64,000 bases of DNA from an uncultured Gemmatimonadaceae bacterium (GTDB lineage Bacteria; Gemmatimonadota; Gemmatimonadetes; Gemmatimonadales; Gemmatimonadaceae): NCBI GenBank assembly GCA_963740355.1, contig CAVUDW010000002.1:1440001-1504000 (forward strand), read 5' to 3'. Below the pieces are notes generated by a model. It was not told the DNA's origin. It worked only from the letters and a program-made list of their open reading frames with translations, and searched no databases. Both the position numbers and the translations under genes were made by a program. Position 1 is the stretch's first letter. Each line of letters begins with the position of its first letter. Positions 56,376-64,000 of the stretch are shown here, in pieces.

Positions 56376-57098
56376 CTAGGTCGGGGGATCGTCCCGGAGG
56401 ATGCGATTCCTGCCACTCCAGGTCACCCGGAGCAGGCGGCCTTTGGTGTCGCGCCACCAGATGAGCGGCACCGACAGCCCCGTCACCGTCACCGGGGTGC
56501 CCGTGACCACCACCTCGGCGACCGACAGTTCCACTGGTGCGCCAAGCATCAGGGCCCCAGTGGAGAGGGTGCCGCGGCGGACGTCGAGAAACGCCATCGA
56601 CGCGGCGCCCCGCTGGGAGAGGGCGGCCAGCAGCACGAACGGGACGATCGCCGCAGTGTCAAGAATTGCAACATCCCGCTGGGCGAGAAATTCCCGCACC
56701 ATTCGCCGCGATGGCGTGACCCGTTCCAGCGTGATGCGACCGCCGGCACTCGTGACTTGCACCCGATCGATCACCTTGCCAGCGCTGTCCCGCGATTCCG
56801 CCACGTAGCGACGCAGGCCATACACCGAGTCGGTGCGGAGCTCGGCGGTGACGCGGAGCCCCCGACGCACCACGATGCCGCTGGCGAGCAGTTCGAGATC
56901 GCTCCCCGTGCGAACCTGCCGGAATCGCATCGAGCCGCGGGCCACCATCGTCGAGTCGAGTTGGACCGTGATCGACAGGGCATCCAGCAGGGGAGTGGGC
57001 TGCGCGGCTTGGCCGCCTGCACGCTGACTTCCGGCAAAAAGCACGGCGAAGCAGAGGGCCCAGGTGGTCGCACGAGGTGTATGGAGGAAACGCGTCAC
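56376..57098 (-). CDS. hypothetical exported protein
   Basis: 240 aa, signal-peptide-like N-terminus, co-directional with tolC. Confidence 0.55.
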   Translation of the reverse strand: MTRFLHTPRATTWALCFAVLFAGSQRAGGQAAQPTPLLDALSITVQLDSTMVARGSMRFRQVRTGSDLELLASGIVVRRGLRVTAELRTDSVYGLRRYVAESRDSAGKVIDRVQVTSAGGRITLERVTPSRRMVREFLAQRDVAILDTAAIVPFVLLAALSQRGAASMAFLDVRRGTLSTGALMLGAPVELSVAEVVVTGTPVTVTGLSVPLIWWRDTKGRLLRVTWSGRNRILRDDPPT

Positions 57099-57137
57099 CC
57101 TGTAAACTGACCTGTCTCAGCCGTTGCGCGCGACATT

Positions 57138-60100
57138 TTGTCGCCGATTCCCGCTTTCGCTCCCCGTCCACTGCCCTCGATCACGTCGCCCGAGCCGCTT
57201 CTGACCCCGCGTCGCCGCTGGTTGTTTCCCGCTGCGGTCGGTGTGGTCTGCGCTGCGCTCTGGCTCCGATCACCGTCCATCCCGTGGCTGATCGCGGTCG
57301 CCGCCACGGTGGTGGTCACGGCGCTGATGGGGCAGTGGGCGCACCGTCGGCGATCGCCGCGAATCGTGGTGCTGCTCGGCATCCTGTTCGTGGCGACGGC
57401 CTCGTGGCAGCAGAACGAACTGCACCAGATCGACATCCACTTCGAGGACTGGACCGCCGCCGCCATTCGCCGCGGTGATGCCAGTGCGGCGCGTGCACTC
57501 CCGATTGCCGCGGCGCGGGTGCGACAGCTGGCCGAAAAGGCGCTCGATGCCCCCGCGTCCAGTGGGGCAGGCTTCCGGTACCTCGCGTCGCTCGACGGGA
57601 TCGATCCTCGCACGAGCGTCGTGCTCTATCGGAATGGGCTGCCCGTGTCGTGGGCCGGTGAGCCACGCGCGGTGCCTGAAGTGCTGCGCGGCGACATCGG
57701 CGTCGAGCGGCTGCGATTCTATCTCGTGTTGTATGCCGCCGAACGGCGCGGTGATGCGGTAGCGGTGGCAACGATGGTGCTCGACGCGGATCCGCCGGCG
57801 CGGCATCTGGTGAAGGGTCTCGGGGCTGATCTCGCGGAGCGCGCTGCCGTCGGTGCGATCGAGTTCGCGCCGCCAGGACCGGCGGATGAAGCGGGCTTCC
57901 GCCCCTGGCTTGTGGATGGCGAATCGCTCCTGCGGTATCGCGCGACTGCACCGACGCGTGGCAACGCGATCACCGGACAGCTCGAAACGGCGCGTGGACT
58001 TGGTGGAGCCGTGCTCGCCGTGTGGGCGTCTGGCCCTGATCGTGGTGGCATGGCGCCGCCGGCCATCACTGGCCGAGCAGCTTGGCGCGCTGGCTGCGGG
58101 CGCCGTGGTGGTTGGACTGGTGCCACTTGGCGCGCTGAGCAACGTGTCGTGGGTGTTCGATCCGAGCCTGTTCTTCGTGCGCGTCGGGAACGTGACGATC
58201 GCCGGCCTGGCGGCGCTGCTGCTGTCAGGATCATTGCTCGCACTGGCGGGACTTGCACTGCGACGGGCGCGACCCGAGTACCAGTCGCGACTCGTGCCGG
58301 GGCTGGTGCTGCTGGTGCTGGTCCCGCTTGGCCCGGTGTTGCTGCGTGCATTGGGCAACGGCATCACGCTCCCGGTCACCGGCACGCCGACGACGCTCTG
58401 GCTCGCGTGGCAGCTCGGCATCTTTCTCTTCGCGGTGGTGGTGCTGCTCGGTGGCGCGGCTGCTGGTCGCGCCTGGCTGCGTGACGATCGCGGCGTCGAT
58501 CCGATGGTCGGTCCGTCGCTGGCTGTGATTGCGGCAGCGCTGGCGCCGCGCCTCTGGCAGCCCGAGACGGCGTGGAACAACGCCTACACGCTGCTCTGGA
58601 TTGCAGTGATCGTCTTCACCGCGCTGTCCCGGCCGACGCGTGCGGTGCTGCTGCAGGTAGGTGCCGTGGCAGCGTTGGGCGCGACGGTGTTGACGTGGGG
58701 CGGTGTGATGCGCCGCACGGTGGAACTGGCGACGTTCGAGACGGGTCGTTTGACCGCGCCCGATGTCGATGCGTCGCAGTTGCTGGAACGATTCGCGTCG
58801 CAACTCGTGTCGCAGGCGTCGCCCCGTTCGCGCGCTGACCTGCTCGATCGCGTAGCCGCGAGTGACCTCGTCGCACGCTATCCGCTGACGGCCGCAACCT
58901 GGAAGCTGGATGGAACGTTGCTCGCGTCGCTTGATGTCTTCGGGCAGACGGAGCAACTCGATGTGCGGGAAGTGGTGGAGAGTGCGGTCCGCAGCGGCCG
59001 GCCGGCCACCAGCGACGTTGTTGGTTATCCTGGGATCTATCAGGTGCTGGCCGTGCCGTTCGCCGACAGCACCATCACGACGGTGATCGTCGAACCGCGC
59101 GCGCGATCGTTGGCGACACCCGCTGTCGCCGCGTTGCTGGGTTATTCGTCGCCGACTTCAGGCGCACCGCCCTATCGGTTCGAATTGGGCGAAGTGCAGG
59201 CGGATCGCAAGGAACACGACGGCATGCGCTGGACTCGCGAGCGTGGTGTTTTCGATGGCTCGCGTGTCGTGCCGACCGTGCTCGGACCACTGCAGGCCCA
59301 CGCGCGGATCGATGTGCCGGCTGGTTGGTCGCTGATTCAGCGCGGCACACTGCTCGTCGCCGCAGACCTGGCCTTGCTGTTCGCACTGTCGGCTGCAGCA
59401 GGCTTGACCCGAGCCGGTGCCTTGCGATGGTGGCGGCAGCGGCGTCGCTCCTTCCGCGGCAGCTATCGACTGCGGCTCACGGGCGTGTTGCTTGCCTTCT
59501 TCGTGGTGCCGCTCGGTGTGCTCACCGTCTGGAGCTTTCAGCGCCTGCGCATCGACGATGCGGAGAAGCGCGAGTTGTTGGTGCGTGAGTTCCTGCGCGC
59601 AGTGGATCGATCGGGTGAACGTCCCGAGCTGGAACAAGCGAGTCGCCGCATCGGTGTGCCGCTGCTCGGCTACTCGGTTGGTCGCCTGGTCGACGTGAGC
59701 GATGAACTCTTCGGCGCGCTGGCACCAGTGGGACTGTTCCTGCCACCGGATGTGGCGCAAACGCTGGCGCCCGGTGGTTCCCTCACTGCCACCAGCACCG
59801 TGCAGGTGGCCGGCACGAATGTGTTGCTCAGCTATCTCAGCACGCGTGGTTCGCGCGGCGAACGCATCGTGGTCGCGGCGCCTGCGGTGCTGGAAGAGGA
59901 AACATTCGACCAACGCCGTGAAGACCTGGTGATGTTGCTGCTCTTCGGTGCCTTGAGCGGTGTGTTGGCAGCGCTCTGGCTCTCGGGGCTCGCAGCGCGG
60001 CAGTTCGCGCGACCGATCGGCGCGCTGCGCGACGCGGCCGTGGCCGTGGCGGCGGGTGAACGTGCGCCGCGCCTCGACGAAGCGCCGCCGAGCGAGTTCG

Positions 60101-61188
60101 TGCCGGTGTTCAACGCCTTCCGCAGCATGGCAGATGACCTGCGCGCCAGTGAACGTGCACTCGATGCCGCACGGCGCCGCACCGATGCCGTGTTGCGCAC
60201 GGTGGCCTCCGGTGTGATTGCGCTCGATGCCGAGACACGTGTCGTGCTGGCCAATCCACGCGCCGAATCGCTGCTCGGCGGCAGTGTGCCGGCGGGGACG
60301 TTCCTGCAGATCGTGTCGCCGTCCCTGGCGCAGCGTGCGATTGCGTTCGCGGCCTCCGCAAAACGTGACGATGCGTTCGAGGAGACGTGGGGCGATGCCA
60401 CGGTGCAGGGACGATTCACGCGCCTCGATCTTGGTGGCGTGGTCGTGACGCTGGACGACGTGACGCAGTTGGCGCACGCCCAGCGCGTGCTGGCGTGGGG
60501 CGAGATGGCGCGACAGGTGGCGCACGAGATCAAGAATCCGCTGACGCCGATCCGGCTCGGTGTGCAGCACCTGCGTCGCGCACGTGACGATGGTCGCAAG
60601 GATTTCGACGCCATTCTCGATCGCAATGTCGGCACCATCCTGACGCAGATCGATCGCCTCGACGAGATCGCGCGTGCGTTCAGCCGCTACGGCACGTCGC
60701 CCGAGACCGCGCCGATTGCCGAGCCGACGGACGTGGTCGCCGTGGTACAGGAGGTGATGGACCTCGAACGCATGGCTGAAGGTGCCGTCTCGTGGGAACT
60801 GAGCGTTCCGCCTGACGGCGTCGCGACCGCAATGGCCCGTGGGCCGGAGCTGCGCGACGTGTTGCTCAATCTCCTCGAGAATGCGCGGCAGGCCGGTGCC
60901 ACCGTGGTGCGGGTGCAGGTGGAGCGCGACGCGAGTGCCGTGCGAATCGATGTCCGGGACAATGGCGGCGGTATTCCGTCGGCGGTCTTGTTCAAGGTCT
61001 TCGAGCCGCACTTCTCGACACGGACCAGTGGGAGTGGGCTCGGCCTGGCGATCAGTCGGCGTCTGGTGGACGGCTGGGGGGGCTCGCTGACGATCGAGCA
61101 GAGCGGGCCGGAGGGCACCGTGGTGGCGATGGTACTGCGACCCAGTGTGTCACTGCCGACACTATCTTCAGCAAATGACCGTTCCTGA
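57138..61188 (+). pseudogene. large multi-TM NtrY-like sensor histidine kinase, frameshifted near 58020-58030
   Basis: ORF 57138-58484 is protein-like up to GLGGAVLAVW, and ORF 57853-61188 from LALIVVAW onward; HAMP, PAS-like region, AWGEMARQVAHEIKNPLTP, NLLENA, DNGGG and GSGLGL. Confidence 0.8.
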
Positions 61189-62938
61189 ACGCGCCTCGAT
61201 GCTGACGCCTGCCGGCGGTGTGCCACGCGTGCTGCCCACGCTGCCGCCACACCTGCAGCCGTGGGTCTTGCCGCCGGGCTGGCGATGGGGACGTGGCAGT
61301 GTGCGCAGCGCGGTGCGGCACTATCAGGAAGTGATCGACGCGCTGGGGCGTTCGCTCTCGCTCGTGACGGTCCCGGATGCGGCACATCGCCCATGGTTGG
61401 CCGCCGAGGCGCGCCAACTCGCGCATCAAAGCCATCCGGCCATCCCGACCACTTATCACTACTGGACCGACTCGCCCGAGGTGGCGCGCGGACCAGGCTA
61501 TCTGCGCCGCTGGATCGCGGGCGAAAGTGTCGAGGGACGGACCAAGCGCATCGGGCCGGATGATGCGCCCGGCATGCTCAACCTGTTGCGCACGGTCGGC
61601 ACGCTGCTCGTGTACTTGCACGACCAGAACCTGCCGCACGGTGCCATCGGCACGGGCAGCTGCTGGATCACGCCGACCGGCCGTCTCTGGCAGCTTGGCT
61701 GGGAGTGGGCGTTGCCGGAAGTGTTGCGGCCACCGGCCGTGGCACCACCGGAGTCGTTCATCCCCTACGCCCCTGAGTGGGTGAACGGTTGGCAGCCGAC
61801 GATGCTCAGCGATCAGTGGCAGCTGGCGGCGCTGGCATTCGCGATGATGAGCGGAGAGCGTCCGCCAAGTGACGAAGCACCACCACCGCTGGCGTTGGTG
61901 CGCCCCGATTGTCCCGCGAAGGTGGCGACGATCATCGATCGTGCGCTGTCTCGCGATCCCGGCGATCGACACGCCACGGTTGCCACGATGCTACGCGCCC
62001 TCGAACGAGTCGCCAGTGTCCGCACGAGTGTGATCGGCATCGAGCGCGTTGCGCCGACTGCGCGTCGGGCCGCGGACGAGGAAGAGGTGCGGCTGCGCTG
62101 GGCCACGGGTGACGACTACGAAGTGTTGGCGCGACTCGGTGCCGGCACGTTCGGCAGTGTGTGGCGCGTGCGCGACCTCTCGCTCGAACGCGAAGTGGCG
62201 ATGAAGGTGCTGCATCCGAGCGTGGCCGACGACGATGCCGCGGTGGCGCGTTTCCGGCGCGAGGCGAAGCTTGCGGCACAGCTCGCGCATCCGGCGATCG
62301 TGCCGATCTACGACTGGGAAACGCGCGACGGCATCTCGTGGTACACGATGGAACTCGCGGAAGGTGGTTCCGTCGCGAGCCTCGTGACGCGGGCCGGTGC
62401 GCAACCCGCCGTGGATATTGCGACGCAGGTCGATGGCATCCTCGATGCACTCGATGCGGCGCATGGCGTAGGCATCGTGCATCGCGACCTGAAGCCAGAG
62501 AACGTCCTCATCGATCGCAACGAGCGCTGGCGCCTGACGGACTTCGGCATCGCACACGGGCCCGGCAGTGCGGAGCGGCATCGCGGCACCGGTACGCCGG
62601 AATTCGCGGCGCCGGAGCAGATCATGGGCGAACCGCAGGGACCGAGTGTCGACCTGTTCGCACTTGGTGCGATCGTCGCATTCACCCTCACCGGACGACC
62701 GCCGTTCGGCAGTGGTGATGCGCGTGTGATCGTGGCGCGCCAGTTGAAAGGCGAGATGGATCTCGACGGCGTTCCTGCACCGCTGATCCCGTTCCTCGTG
62801 CGCGCACTCGCGCCGCAGGCGGAGACCCGTTTCGCCGATGCGGCAGAGATGCGCACCGCCTGGCACGCTGCACTCGACGAATTGCAGGACGAGGCTGAGC
62901 GTGGGCAGTGGTGGTGGCGCTGGCTGGGTGGGAACTAG
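61175..62938 (+). CDS. Hanks-type Ser/Thr kinase with an N-terminal degenerate kinase domain
   Basis: C-terminal GAGTFG, VAMK, HRDLKPEN, DFG and GTPEFAAPE; N-terminal HPAIP, YAPE, SDQWQLA and R.L.RDP.DR. Confidence 0.88.
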   Translation: MTVPERASMLTPAGGVPRVLPTLPPHLQPWVLPPGWRWGRGSVRSAVRHYQEVIDALGRSLSLVTVPDAAHRPWLAAEARQLAHQSHPAIPTTYHYWTDSPEVARGPGYLRRWIAGESVEGRTKRIGPDDAPGMLNLLRTVGTLLVYLHDQNLPHGAIGTGSCWITPTGRLWQLGWEWALPEVLRPPAVAPPESFIPYAPEWVNGWQPTMLSDQWQLAALAFAMMSGERPPSDEAPPPLALVRPDCPAKVATIIDRALSRDPGDRHATVATMLRALERVASVRTSVIGIERVAPTARRAADEEEVRLRWATGDDYEVLARLGAGTFGSVWRVRDLSLEREVAMKVLHPSVADDDAAVARFRREAKLAAQLAHPAIVPIYDWETRDGISWYTMELAEGGSVASLVTRAGAQPAVDIATQVDGILDALDAAHGVGIVHRDLKPENVLIDRNERWRLTDFGIAHGPGSAERHRGTGTPEFAAPEQIMGEPQGPSVDLFALGAIVAFTLTGRPPFGSGDARVIVARQLKGEMDLDGVPAPLIPFLVRALAPQAETRFADAAEMRTAWHAALDELQDEAERGQWWWRWLGGN

Positions 62939-62969
62939 CTGATCGCGCCTCAGCGTGCACCCGCCGCGA

Positions 62970-64000
62970 TCAGCGCGGCAGGCCCCGGACAGTCTTGATG
63001 TTCGCGAACGCTGACAGTCCGGCCGCTCCAAGCTCCCGGCCGTAGCCACTCGCCTTGATGCCGCCGAACGGCAACGCGGCATCGGAGACGACGGGCTGGT
63101 TGATCATGACGCTGCCCGCCTCGAATTCCGCCGCGCAGCGCGCTGCGACATCCGCATCGTTCGTCCAGACGCTCGAGCCGAGCCCGAAGCGTGTGCTGTT
63201 GGCGCGTACGATGGCGTCGTCGAGACTGTGGACGCGCCAGACACCGGCCACCGGGCCGAACAGCTCCTCGACCGCCATCGGCGAATCGTCGGGAATGTCG
63301 GTCACGATCGATGGTGGATACCACGCAGTGGGGCTGCCGGGATTGGTGCACCCGAGCTGCGCCACGGCGCCCGCATCGAGCGTCGCCTGCACCTGCGCAT
63401 GCAGGGCATCCCGTGCGGCAAGTGACACCAGCGGGCCGACGTCGGTATCGATCGCACGCGGATCGCTGACCTTGAGGGCTTGCATCGCGACGATGAATGC
63501 CGCCAGAAACGCATCGTAGACTGAGTCGTGGACGAGAAAGCGCTTGGCGGCGATGCACGACTGCCCGCTGTTGACGCAGCGTGCCAATGCTGCGGCCCGC
63601 GCCACGACGGGTATGTCCACATCGTGCCAGACGAGGAAGGGATCGCTTCCGCCGAGTTCGAGGACGCACGGCTTGAGCGCCGCACCAGCCGCTGCCGCGA
63701 CGGCAGCCCCCGCGCGTTCACTGCCTGTGATGGTGACGGCTGCGACGCGGGGATCCGCAATGATGCCCGCGGCCGCGTCCCGCGAGACGAGCAGCACCTC
63801 GAACAATCCGCCTGACAGCGGCGACTTGGCCAGCGCGTCACGCACGGCGTCCTCCAGCGCCAACGCACAGCCACTCACGTTTTCGGCGTGCTTGAGGACC
63901 ACGGTGTTGCCGAGCAGCAGTGCCGGGGCCAGCACGCGCACGACCTGCCAGTAGGGGAAATTCCATGGCATGATCGCGAATAACACGCCGATCGGGTCGT
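62970..64000 (-). CDS. NAD(P)-dependent succinate-semialdehyde dehydrogenase-like aldehyde dehydrogenase (N-terminus outside the window)
   Basis: IMPWNFP, LKHA, TGSERAG, LELGGSDP, NSGQSCIAAKR, EELFGPV and PFGGIKASGYGRE. Confidence 0.9.
   Translation of the reverse strand, partial: DPIGVLFAIMPWNFPYWQVVRVLAPALLLGNTVVLKHAENVSGCALALEDAVRDALAKSPLSGGLFEVLLVSRDAAAGIIADPRVAAVTITGSERAGAAVAAAAGAALKPCVLELGGSDPFLVWHDVDIPVVARAAALARCVNSGQSCIAAKRFLVHDSVYDAFLAAFIVAMQALKVSDPRAIDTDVGPLVSLAARDALHAQVQATLDAGAVAQLGCTNPGSPTAWYPPSIVTDIPDDSPMAVEELFGPVAGVWRVHSLDDAIVRANSTRFGLGSSVWTNDADVAARCAAEFEAGSVMINQPVVSDAALPFGGIKASGYGRELGAAGLSAFANIKTVRGLPR

Overview
GC-rich bacterial window. About the first 42 kb is a near-complete type II (purple-bacteria-type) photosynthesis gene cluster (PGC). 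Its layout (acsF between bchFNBHLM and lhaA-puh, bchO inverted between pufBALMC and bchCXYZ, split puhA) matches, from recall, phototrophic Gemmatimonadota. Order: hemY(partial)-hemF-hemE-hemA(GluTR)-tspO-bchP-pucC-like-bchG-ppsR-aerR on the minus strand; bchFNBHLM-bciE-like-acsF-lhaA-puhA(Ht,Hc)-puhB-crtB on plus; hydrolase-pufCMLAB on minus; bchO on plus; bchZYXC-crtF on minus; bchID-puhE on plus. The most striking feature is the reaction-centre M subunit: 504 aa, with an intact in-frame C-terminal OmpA-like peptidoglycan-binding domain, suggesting a reaction centre tethered to the cell wall. Also notable: an in-frame TGA in bchG, a membrane-anchored cysteine-free BciE-like protein, a heme-pathway operon joined to the bchG transcription unit, and PpsR-type palindromes. 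After the PGC come an NrtR-family regulator and GH3 glycosidase flanked by REP-like 71-bp repeats, a MacAB-TolC-type exporter with four permeases, a Gly-rich repeat protein, a frameshifted large histidine kinase, a tandem pseudokinase-kinase and a partial aldehyde dehydrogenase. All calls come from motif recognition by eye; no database searches were run.
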